Made by a program: the position numbers and the translations under genes
Shown here: positions 50,157-58,811 of the stretch, one piece after another
How positions within the stretch are numbered: position 1 is the stretch's first letter
Layout: the number at the start of each line of letters is the position of its first letter
Assembly (NCBI GenBank): GCA_049516875.1
Contig: JBEKSS010000002.1
Location: forward strand, 199,336 to 263,335
Reading direction: 5' to 3'
Origin: Candidatus Bathyarchaeia archaeon
Lineage (GTDB): Archaea > Thermoproteota > Bathyarchaeia > Bathyarchaeales > Bathycorpusculaceae
DNA: 64,000 nucleotides
The notes under the pieces: model-generated
Database searches by the model: none
What the model saw: the letters and a program-made list of their open reading frames with translations, nothing else
Told to the model about the DNA's origin: nothing

Positions 50157-50458
50157 CTATCTGCGCGCGTTATACGAAAGAGATTCAGATTCCAGATTCG
50201 AATCGTAGCCTTTAGCAGTTCATGAAGCTAATGCTGATGCATCTTCACCAGCTCAGCGGGATTGCCTGTTGGCCGAATGGGTTCACACTTTCCTTTTTGG
50301 GAGGTCATGTCAGTGGGCGTTCTATGCTCGTTTGATAATAAGCTTCCAACCGGCCAGGGTGCGTGCTGGTTCGATGAGTTTTGAGAGTGTTTTGAAGGAT
50401 AGCATGGAATAGTAAACATAGCACATCCATGCTAGGCGCGCTGATTCGGCCCGTCTCT

Positions 50459-50491
50459 ATTCGGACTCGGAATCGTGGGTAATACTTATAT
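50459..50491 (+). promoter_or_regulatory. Motif ATTCGGACTCGGAAT followed 12 bp later by TTATAT box
   Basis: Upstream of 50615-50854. Confidence 0.6.
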
Positions 50492-50614
50492 CGTAAGATA
50501 GACTATATCGATAATAGATATGTCTGAATATAGACATATTGTACATCTGTACAACAAAGCAACAGCAAAAAGCTGTGAGGAAAAGTTAACGTATGCGCAA
50601 TAAAGGTGATTTGA

Positions 50615-50854
50615 ATGAAAGCATCAGTAAAAGTATCGTCAGAACGAAAGATTCAGCAAGGAATGGTGATGGGTCTTGGAGCTATCTATCATAGAGTGAC
50701 AGCGATTTCCCTGCATAGTGCTCTTCCCCGCGGAATGTTCGCAAATGAGCTTCCATATGAGGCGTTCAGGATATACAGAAGTGTGAGGAGCGAATTTGAG
50801 TGTAACCGAGCATCGGCCATGGTAGAAGCGCAGCAAACCCTTCGTCATCTTTAA
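50615..50854 (+). CDS. Small hypothetical protein
   Basis: AAGGTGAT SD, upstream TATA, downstream T-tract. Confidence 0.6.
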   Translation: MKASVKVSSERKIQQGMVMGLGAIYHRVTAISLHSALPRGMFANELPYEAFRIYRSVRSEFECNRASAMVEAQQTLRHL

Positions 50855-50858
50855 AGAG

Positions 50859-50878
50859 CCTCCTTTTTTTATTTTTGG
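50859..50878 (+). terminator. Oligo-T archaeal terminator
   Basis: T-rich tract CCTCCTTTTTTTATTTTT directly after the stop codon. Confidence 0.5.
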
Positions 50879-50889
50879 TTGCGCGCGAC

Positions 50890-51086
50890 GCATGATGGAT
50901 CGCTCCAGTCCGAAAATGTTCTCGATAGCTTGAGCGAATGTCCTGAGTCTATGAGGTATCTCGTCTCTTCTGATGTGAAAACCTCTCGAGATGAAAGCAA
51001 ACCGTGTGCATTGTGGAATCACCCAGTGAGCACAGTTCCTCGTCCGTTGCCTTTGGAAGAAGCACGCCAAACTCTGATTCAACCAA
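50890..51086 (-). pseudogene. Frameshifted, truncated paralog of 56133-56504 (DUF3227/NitrOD5-like)
   Basis: LVESEFGVLLPKATDEELCSLGDSTMHTVCFHLE / shift / FHIRRDEIPHRLRTFAQAIENIFG. Confidence 0.7.
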
Positions 51087-51180
51087 TGTGAATCCGTGGA
51101 CGATTCACCATATGCCAAGATTCTAGCGTGTCCGCGCTCATCGTTCATCCGTTGTTGTGCGTGCTTGAATGCAAAGAGCT

Positions 51181-53652
51181 TCATTGCGTCAGAATCCTAT
51201 AGTTCTCTTTTCCATTCGAATTCGTTTTAGGTATCGTCATGACGAATTGAGCTCCTCCGCCGAACTTACCTGTCTCCTCTATTGTCCAGCCATACACTTC
51301 CGTAATCTTCTTGATCAGGTACAATCCATGGCCAGTGCTTGCGCCCGTGCTGTAGCCTTCCTTGAAAAGCTTCGGTTTTTCGGCGTCGCGTATGCCGATA
51401 CCGTCATCTTCATAAACAAGGGTTACATCATTTTTGCCGCTTTTTTCGTAGTGTATCCTTATTCTTGTTATCTCTTGGCCATACTTGAGTGAGTTGTCGA
51501 TTAGGTTGTAGAAAAGCTGTTGAAGCAGTGAATCTGCCAATAGGTTCAAGCCATGGCAATCATTGATCACCTTTGCGCCTTTCAAGTCAGAAAAAAGTGA
51601 AGCGGCCTCTTTGATAGTCTTCTCAACGTCGGTGTGAGTCAACTCTTCAATACCCAGCATCTCGTAAGTCTTCGCGAAATCGAAAATTGCCACTGATTGT
51701 TGGACGGCTTTCTCTATTTCTCTTAGATATTCCTGGACTCTGATGTTGTCAGCGGTTCGCTTCCTTGCCAGATATGCGTTTCCCACGATTGCGGACAGTT
51801 TGTTTCGGACATCATGCCTGGTTAAGCCACCGACAACCTGCAGCTTTTCATTCATCATGGTCAGCTTTTTCTGGGCATTTGTCTGTTCTGAGATGTCTTT
51901 GTAGACACTGATGTAGCCTGTTAGCTTGTCTCGGATGAAAATTGGTGCGGAAGAGACTGAGACAGGAATTAACGATCCGTCTTTCCTCTTTCTGACAGTG
52001 TCATGGGTAGCATATCCCTTCGCGGCCTTCCTTTCCAGCATCTTCGACTCTGCGATTAATCTCTCTGGCACTACTACATCAGTGAGGTGTTTACCTTTCA
52101 CTTCACTTGGCAGGTATCTGAACAGGCTTGCAAAGCGAGGATTGGCGTCAATAATGTGGAAACTGGGGTCTGTGTACACCGTGGCTTCTGGATTGCCTAT
52201 GAACAACGCTGCAAATCTCTGCTGGTTCTCAAGAATTAGCTTTTCTGCGTCCTTTCGTTCAGAGACATCTCTCATGAGTACTTGAACTCCCACTGGATTG
52301 CCCTCTTTAGTTAATAAACCAGGATGCACTTCTGCCCATCGACTCGTTCCATCTCTCCGAACATAAAAGAATTCAACTGGTGCTGGTGATTCTCCCTTTA
52401 TCAGAGACTTGAACATCTCCTGAAATTTTGGAATGTCCTCCATCCGCATAGTCTTCAACTCCGTGAATGGTTTGCCAACGATTTCTTCAGAGTCATGGCC
52501 TACTAACGTCAGGAAACTACGGTTGGCCGATGTGACTATGCCTTCCGCATTCACAGCTAATATGCCATCGGGAGCCAGCTCAACCAGACTTCTATATTTT
52601 TCCTCAGATTCTTTTAACGTTCGTTCTGCTATCCTGCGTTCGGTGATGTCGATGCAAGTACCAACCCATTCCCTAATGCTTCCGTCTTCATTAAGCACAG
52701 GGACGCTACGGGCTATGAAATAGCGATAGACCCCATCATGCCTACGCAGACGATACGTGGTCCATCCCAACTCCCCCGTTACTTCAATGAAGGACCGATA
52801 ACGATCCAGACTCGCATGCAATGCTTGCTCCATTTTCTTGCGACTGGTTACATCAAACACAATTCCGTCAATGCCCTCAAAAACGCCATTCTTAGAAAAG
52901 AATGACGTCTTATGATCTTCCACCCAGCGAACTCCACTTTCTTTGTCGACAATTCTATACTCTTGTGTGATGCTCGCTGGTCCTTCTAGAATTATGCCTC
53001 CTTCTTTTACAACTCTCGCTTTGTCATCTGGATGAATTATGTCTAACCAGTTTACTCTTCTAGAGTCAAATTCTTGAATCGTATATCCACACACGCTTTT
53101 GCTATTGGCGACTATCTCTGTTGACCAGTCAGCGCGCGCTCGGTAAACCAAGTCAGGGATGTTTTGAATCAAGCTTTTGTATTTTGTCTCAGATTCTTTT
53201 AATGCTTCCTCAGCCCTTTTTCTTTCTGCGACTTGGCGTATGCCGTGTGCTAGTTCACCATAGACAGTTTCTGGTGCACCAGATTTGCTGAAGTATCCGT
53301 CAGCGCCCAAGTTGAGCGCTTTAATGGCTACTTCTTCCCTTCCCTTTCCGGTGAAAATGATGAAAGGAACGTCGTTTCCTCTTTCTCTTAGCTCCTTCAG
53401 AAACTCTAACCCATCTTTCCCAGGCATCTTGAAGTCTGAGACAATGACATCAAAGTCTTCTTTTTTCATTCTTTTGATGGCTTTTCCGACAGACGATGCT
53501 GCCTCAATTTGGAATTCGCCCTGCGTTCCCAGACACTGCTGGGCAACTTTCAGACAGCTCAGGTCATCGTCAACGTGCAAAATCCTTATGGGTTTTTTTA
53601 CAATCAAGTCTGAAAGAACTGCGGTTGAAGATTCTGAAAGGGGTTCTTTCAT
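51181..53652 (-). CDS. Hybrid sensor histidine kinase: REC-PAS(n)-HisKA-HATPase
   Basis: ILHVDDD/SDFKMPGKDG REC; PAS/PAC repeats; LTRHDVRNKL H-box; NLIDNSLKYG, YEDDGIGI, GHGLYL. Confidence 0.95.
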   Translation of the reverse strand: MKEPLSESSTAVLSDLIVKKPIRILHVDDDLSCLKVAQQCLGTQGEFQIEAASSVGKAIKRMKKEDFDVIVSDFKMPGKDGLEFLKELRERGNDVPFIIFTGKGREEVAIKALNLGADGYFSKSGAPETVYGELAHGIRQVAERKRAEEALKESETKYKSLIQNIPDLVYRARADWSTEIVANSKSVCGYTIQEFDSRRVNWLDIIHPDDKARVVKEGGIILEGPASITQEYRIVDKESGVRWVEDHKTSFFSKNGVFEGIDGIVFDVTSRKKMEQALHASLDRYRSFIEVTGELGWTTYRLRRHDGVYRYFIARSVPVLNEDGSIREWVGTCIDITERRIAERTLKESEEKYRSLVELAPDGILAVNAEGIVTSANRSFLTLVGHDSEEIVGKPFTELKTMRMEDIPKFQEMFKSLIKGESPAPVEFFYVRRDGTSRWAEVHPGLLTKEGNPVGVQVLMRDVSERKDAEKLILENQQRFAALFIGNPEATVYTDPSFHIIDANPRFASLFRYLPSEVKGKHLTDVVVPERLIAESKMLERKAAKGYATHDTVRKRKDGSLIPVSVSSAPIFIRDKLTGYISVYKDISEQTNAQKKLTMMNEKLQVVGGLTRHDVRNKLSAIVGNAYLARKRTADNIRVQEYLREIEKAVQQSVAIFDFAKTYEMLGIEELTHTDVEKTIKEAASLFSDLKGAKVINDCHGLNLLADSLLQQLFYNLIDNSLKYGQEITRIRIHYEKSGKNDVTLVYEDDGIGIRDAEKPKLFKEGYSTGASTGHGLYLIKKITEVYGWTIEETGKFGGGAQFVMTIPKTNSNGKENYRILTQ

Positions 53653-53842
53653 ATAGATAAACTCCCATACTATGCCTGAATATTCACTCTACCTGGATGC
53701 TGGACACTTGTTTCTGATTCTATGCTTGAAAGTTAAGTCTTCTGAAGCAGATGTACGAATCGGTGGGCTTTGAAATTCAGATTCAGAATGCAAAGGTTCG
53801 CATGCTATCGCCCAACTTGTTTTGCCAGGACATGTCAAGGAT

Positions 53843-55228
53843 TCAAGCACGGGCATTGCATTCACTTTCCGAAGCGACGCTTGTCTTATTTTCACCCATG
53901 AACAAATTCAAGTTCTTGTCGACTCTATGCGACTGCTGCCACAAATTCTCGAAGACCATTTCCAACAAATCAATTTGCGTTTGGTCATTCGTCCAAAAGG
54001 CCTTTGGGCTTGCATTTCTGAGTTGAAACTCTCCCCAGATTGCTTCTTCATCAACTATTAGCAGACTGAAGGACAACATTTCTACGTGTCTTAGCTCAAT
54101 ACGGTTGTCAGCTATCCTCGACCGCACAAGCTTCAACACGTGCGTTTCATTTAGCCCGGATTCACCGACTATTATCCGTGCGTTGATCTGACTTTTGCCC
54201 GCGTTCATGGTCTTCTTCATGTTTCTCAGGAATATCGTTTCTAGCAGGTCGGGTGAGCTCACCAACATGATCCGCTGTTTAGCTTTCTTTGTCATCTGAA
54301 CGAGTTTTCTCGCTATATTGTCTTGTTGACACAAAACTTCAATTGAATTATCTCTTTCTTTCATTTTCAACGCAGTTGTTCTCAGTTGGGCGATCAACTC
54401 ATCCTTTTTCTGTCTAAGGCTGCTGATCTCTTCTTTCATGGCTTTGAACTTGGCATTGGTCAAGGTTCCAAGGGCCGTCTTCACCTCGATTACTGAGAAC
54501 CTTGTCGGTGTCCCTAGCTTTCTTGTTACTAAGCCAAGTTTCTCAAGTTCTGGTATCATTCTGTAGACTTCCTCCCTGCGGATTTTTGACAGGGAAGCAA
54601 TTTCTGAGGCTGAAGCCGCGCCCAAAGCATTCAGTCCAATGTAGATTTTTGCCTGTGTTTTTGTCACCCCAAAAAGAGCAAACTCTTTTGCGGTTTTCTC
54701 CAAGAATTCTTGGAAGTCAGATGACTGGGCCTTGCGCACACGTAGCTTAACCCAATCTGCTAGCCTTCTCGTTGTAATCTTTTCTCTTTGTTCGCGTTCC
54801 TGCAGTTTGCCTTTTATTGTTTTCAGCAGACTATCCGGATCAAGTGGCTTCGTCAGGTATGAATCAGCGCCAGCGTTGAGCGCTTGGGCAACGTTCTCAA
54901 TTGAAGGGTAACCAGTAATCATGATCTTTATTGTTTCTGGAGCGAATTTCTGAAAATGCAAAAGCAGCTGTGTCCCTTCTATATCGGGCAGTCTAATGTC
55001 AAGCAACAATAGGTCAAAAAACCTAGTCTTTGCCTTTTCCACAGCTTCCTTTGCGCTTCCCACGCTTTCCGTCATATACCCTTCCGATCGCAGCATGGCC
55101 GAGAGAGAGTCGCGTGTGCCTATTTCATCATCCACTATCAGTATAGCGGGCGAAGCTCGGTTCATCACGGATCGCATCCTATTAGTTCTAGTATTTCCAT
55201 TTCGGTCAATCTTTTTTGGCGACTTCAC
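53843..55228 (-). CDS. Response regulator with REC + TrmB-like wHTH and effector domain
   Basis: ILIVDD...LDIRLPD...KP; FGVTKTQAKIYIGL...SEIASLSKIRREEVYR...LEKLGLV. Confidence 0.9.
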   Translation of the reverse strand: MKSPKKIDRNGNTRTNRMRSVMNRASPAILIVDDEIGTRDSLSAMLRSEGYMTESVGSAKEAVEKAKTRFFDLLLLDIRLPDIEGTQLLLHFQKFAPETIKIMITGYPSIENVAQALNAGADSYLTKPLDPDSLLKTIKGKLQEREQREKITTRRLADWVKLRVRKAQSSDFQEFLEKTAKEFALFGVTKTQAKIYIGLNALGAASASEIASLSKIRREEVYRMIPELEKLGLVTRKLGTPTRFSVIEVKTALGTLTNAKFKAMKEEISSLRQKKDELIAQLRTTALKMKERDNSIEVLCQQDNIARKLVQMTKKAKQRIMLVSSPDLLETIFLRNMKKTMNAGKSQINARIIVGESGLNETHVLKLVRSRIADNRIELRHVEMLSFSLLIVDEEAIWGEFQLRNASPKAFWTNDQTQIDLLEMVFENLWQQSHRVDKNLNLFMGENKTSVASESECNARA

Positions 55229-55325
55229 GATGATTATGTAACTGTGTTGTTACAGTCACACAAGCATTATGAGGTGAATCATATTAAGAGTTTAGCTATA
55301 TACCACTTTCGTAGGAGAGTCAGCT

Positions 55326-55655
55326 TTGAAGTCAGACGTAGTAACCGATCTTGATGCCAGGCTGATTCAGAACTTCATGGACATAATAATCCTCAGAGTA
55401 CTTAAGAACAATCATCTTACAAGTGGATACGACTTCATCAAATATTTCCATCAACGATTCCACGTACTGGTGAGCTCAGGTACAGTATACTCGATTCTGT
55501 ACTCTCTGGAAAGACAAGGCTTCATAGAAGGGAATCCTGATGGAAGGAGAAGAGTTTACAAACTAACGGGGCAGGGCGAAGAATTCTTGCAAAGGATTTG
55601 CATGACTCACGAACGCAGCCATACCGTTTTTTCGTCAATCTTTTCCGGCGCTTAG
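55326..55655 (+). CDS. PadR-family transcription regulator
   Basis: FMDIIIL...SGYDF...VSSGTVYSILYSLERQGFI...RRVYKLTGQG. Confidence 0.92.
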   Translation: MKSDVVTDLDARLIQNFMDIIILRVLKNNHLTSGYDFIKYFHQRFHVLVSSGTVYSILYSLERQGFIEGNPDGRRRVYKLTGQGEEFLQRICMTHERSHTVFSSIFSGA

Positions 55656-56128
55656 GGTTGCATGACTCCAGCGCTTCCTGCCTATTTCAAGCTCAAGATA
55701 CTTGACTCGCGTCTCAATGTATTGCGCAACTTTCTTCTCACCATACTCAAGATCTTCGCGCCGCTTCTTCAGTTGTTTCTCAATTAACGTCAGTAACTCT
55801 TGAACATTAATTGGCTTCAAAATGTAACCATCGGCGCTTCTGTTCACGGTTCGATGGCACTGTCAATTGATGGATGCCCTGTGACGAGTATTCTAATCAT
55901 TCTTGGCTCCGTTTCCTTCAACCTGTCTATCAGGGCAGTTCCTTCCATATCTCGTAATTGCACGTCAATCAAGGTCACGTTGAAAAACCGCCTCTTCGAG
56001 GCTGCAACTGCCTGCTTGCCAGTCTCCACTGTCTCAGCTATGTAACCTTTTGCTTTCAGAATTTGTGAAACGGTTTTCCTTATCATGGCATCGTCGTCTA
56101 CAACGAGCACGCTAGGTCTTTGCTTCAA
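55635..56128 (-). pseudogene. Response regulator (REC) split by a 1-bp frameshift near 55850
   Basis: ...GHPSIDSAIEP* continues in another frame as VNRSADGYILKP. Confidence 0.8.
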
Positions 56129-56132
56129 GTCT

Positions 56133-56504
56133 TCACCTCCTTGTTTTCTTCACTGTTGAAGTGATTTCACTGGAGCTTGGAACCAAAGTCACGCTGGATG
56201 AAGAAATGCTTCTTATCCTGCAAACTGACTTAACAAAATCGAGAGCATCATCCTCGACAACCTTTACTTCCAACATTTCGCACAGTTTTTTCAAGATTAG
56301 TTCCTCCAGAAATGTTGCACCACCCTTGAAGATTGCTCTTAAAGCTTCATCAAACTCTTCAAGTCTTCCGGGAATCTGCCGTCTGGGCAAGCGGAAAGTC
56401 TTTTCCAAATGAAAATATAGGGCCATACGACATGATTTGCCAAGAGAACAAAACGCAAAATCGACTGCCCCGAGCAAGGCCTCATCGAATTCTTGGAAAA
56501 TCAT
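56133..56504 (-). CDS. Hypothetical protein, DUF3227/NitrOD5-like signalling-associated domain
   Basis: LLGAVD..CSLG...LYFHLE.TF...IP..LEEF..AL..IF.GGA..LE..ILKKL pattern; family name recalled, not searched. Confidence 0.7.
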   Translation of the reverse strand: MIFQEFDEALLGAVDFAFCSLGKSCRMALYFHLEKTFRLPRRQIPGRLEEFDEALRAIFKGGATFLEELILKKLCEMLEVKVVEDDALDFVKSVCRIRSISSSSVTLVPSSSEITSTVKKTRR

Positions 56505-56651
56505 GTCGAGTCAGTCTCCAGAGATGAAGGAATATGTCACATGTTTTCCTAGACAACGTATATCGTTTGTGAAAGGTGGATTTGGATTGTCAGCGTTGTA
56601 GATTCGGATTTGGAATTTGAACTTTCTCGTGTCGAAGCTCGGCTCATGTGT

Positions 56652-56840
56652 TAGCGCGCATGCTTGTTCCTAAATTGGTTTTAAATGGTTTTTGTTCGTC
56701 TTTTGTGATTTTGGGACAGCTTTGGGCTTAGCATCTGCTCTTGAATTCTTCATACTGATCTGCCTTCTCGAACCTGCAGAAGCGTGCAGAAACGGAATTA
56801 AAACCATTTTTAACCATTTTAGGAACACGCATGCGCGCTA
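56652..56840. repeat. 189-bp element bounded by 41-bp inverted repeats (MITE-like or invertible segment)
   Basis: 56652-56692 vs reverse complement of 56800-56840: 37/41 identical; TA at both outer ends. Confidence 0.85.
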
Positions 56841-56965
56841 TATCTCTGTGGGACCCGTTCTTTCTCTGATGCGTGGGCTATTTTGTTGTCGGTATTCCGA
56901 ATCTGAATTTACACTAAACTATTTTTGATACTGCCTGTAGACAACATCGAGAGCTGGTTATAGAT

Positions 56966-57316
56966 TTGGAAAGAGAAGTCGTTAACACAGTATATGAGCG
57001 GTTTCTGAAAGAGTTCATGGATATATTGATTATGGTGAAGATGAGACAAGGAGAAACCAGTGGCTACGATATACTCACCTATTTTCATGAGAAGTTTGAT
57101 TTTCTGGTTAGTCCAGGCACGGTCTACTCTGTGCTGTATTCCATGGAAAGGAATGGGTTGATCAAAGCTCGGGGTGTTGACAGAAAAAGAGTCTATGCAC
57201 TGACCTCCAAGGGCGAAGCGACAATCAAGGCTATCCGCGAATCAGGCGAAGTTCTCGAGGGTTTCTTGACACGTCTCCTGAAAGAAGGTGAGCCCGTCCC
57301 CAATCGACCTATGTGA
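56966..57316 (+). CDS. PadR-family transcription regulator
   Basis: FMDILIM...SGYDIL...VSPGTVYSVLYSMERNGLI...KRVYALTSKG. Confidence 0.92.
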   Translation: MEREVVNTVYERFLKEFMDILIMVKMRQGETSGYDILTYFHEKFDFLVSPGTVYSVLYSMERNGLIKARGVDRKRVYALTSKGEATIKAIRESGEVLEGFLTRLLKEGEPVPNRPM

Positions 57317-57461
57317 CTTTGACTTCTTCAATCTTTTTGCACCAGGGAATCCTTGCTGTTCCTTTTGAAAGTTCCTGAAATATCTCTTTCTGGATCTCCT
57401 CGTTTGAACTTTCGCGACTCTCGTCTACGAGTGAAATAACAATCGTGGCCTTGTTGCCCAT
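57309..57461 (-). CDS. 50-aa microprotein ('IPWC' family), copy 1; not in ORF track
   Basis: MGNKATIVISLVDESRESSNEEIQKEIFQELSKGTARIPWCKKIEEVKVT; GGTGA SD; paralog at 60317-60469. Confidence 0.8.
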   Translation of the reverse strand: MGNKATIVISLVDESRESSNEEIQKEIFQELSKGTARIPWCKKIEEVKVT

Positions 57462-57810
57462 TCTATCACCGAAGCTTCAGTGATGAGCGGTTCTGTCTAA
57501 TTTGCTTTTTGGAAGAGGATTACAGAAGGTTCCTCCGCATGTACAGATTTAGGATGGGAAATCTCGCGGCCAAGGTTCACAGCTTGAGTGGTCAACACAT
57601 CTCAGGTTGGCACAGGTGCGCACTCTGAACCTCACCCCTTCGGACTGCCTAGATTTTTGCATGAAGGTTCAGGTGCGCCACGCAGAAGATGAACATTCTA
57701 GGATTCTTAGATTAATCTGCCTGCCGGTTTCGGACTCTAAATCAAGGGGAACTATAGGCTTTTGGAGATAGTCAGATTCGGAATCGAGATTTGACTGGTG
57801 ATGAAACCTT

Positions 57811-58305
57811 ATGTATTCACTTCACTTCAACGAGTTTCTGTTAGCAGACGTGTGGTGTAGGAGTGCGTTAAGTGTGGTGTACAACGGTTTCAGTCTGGGT
57901 TATGATGAGCTGAAAGGTGTTCTTCGCGAGGTCAGCAAACGTACGAGACGACGGCACTACGCGGGCGATGGTTGGATCCACAGGAAACTGTTGGAGGCTT
58001 GCGTGGGTTTTGCGAAGAACGGATTCAGAATCGTCGATAAAAGGGTTATCAGCAGACTGTGTGTAGCTTTCAGAGAACTCCGAGTCGCCAAAGGACGGCT
58101 GAGTATTCTCTTGGACGGAGAGGTTAAGGCTTTAGAAATGCAAGTCCAATACAGAACGCGTGGAGTGTTCGAATGGGCGCCTAGACTTGAAACATGGCTC
58201 AACACTGTGGGCTACAAGTTTTGGCTTGGCACGATCCAGCATTCCTATGCAAGTGGCGCTTGTCCAGTGTTTGAAGTCGTAGGTCGTCAATCTGATAAGC
58301 AGTGA
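57811..58305 (+). CDS. Hypothetical protein
   Basis: Long ORF with VFEWAPRLETWL...FWLG; motif site upstream at 57770-57784. Confidence 0.65.
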   Translation: MYSLHFNEFLLADVWCRSALSVVYNGFSLGYDELKGVLREVSKRTRRRHYAGDGWIHRKLLEACVGFAKNGFRIVDKRVISRLCVAFRELRVAKGRLSILLDGEVKALEMQVQYRTRGVFEWAPRLETWLNTVGYKFWLGTIQHSYASGACPVFEVVGRQSDKQ

Positions 58306-58525
58306 GAATACTTCGTCAAGTAACCCTACGCAGCGCGTCAACCGGACCCGAAAGAAGGGAAGGAGAGGTTTCTCATCCGTCTCGCTACCGACGCCTCTGA
58401 TCAAAAAGATTGAGGAAGTCATTGATGAGCTTGGATACTGGCCGACGAAGACTGCCTTTGTTCGCGAGGCCAGTCTTGAAAAGCTGGACAAGCACAGGAA
58501 GGAAGAGTTAGTTCAAGGAAAATGA
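58292..58525 (+). CDS. Ribbon-helix-helix (CopG/Arc-like) regulator; no ATG/GTG/TTG start
   Basis: GFSSVSLPTPLIKKIEEVIDELGYWPTKTAFVREASLEKL; frame open from 58283, candidate CTG start at 58292. Confidence 0.65.
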   Translation: MISSENTSSSNPTQRVNRTRKKGRRGFSSVSLPTPLIKKIEEVIDELGYWPTKTAFVREASLEKLDKHRKEELVQGK

Positions 58526-58811
58526 GAATTTGAACATGGACAGAGCACTAGAGCTTCTAATTCTGACAACAGTGCGTGCTGTGTGCGTTGAAGTTGACTT
58601 GCTTTGTTGCCCTAGCTGTCGTTCTGGAAGACTGTCTTGGATAGAATACACTCCAGCCTAGCGTCAAAACCAATTCTAACTGAGGAAGCCAACATAGACC
58701 TTGCACAAAACAAAATCATCAATAATTCGCGTTCTATGGGGGAGTTGACGTGCCAGTAGTAGTAGGTAATACTCTCTCAAGTCTTTCACAAAGCGCAAAC
58801 GACTAGCAGAA

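Noticed and set aside
50639-51184. 181-aa minus-strand ORF as an intact gene
   Set aside because: Only its middle matches the DUF3227-like pseudogene; the rest overlaps 50615-50854 antisense.
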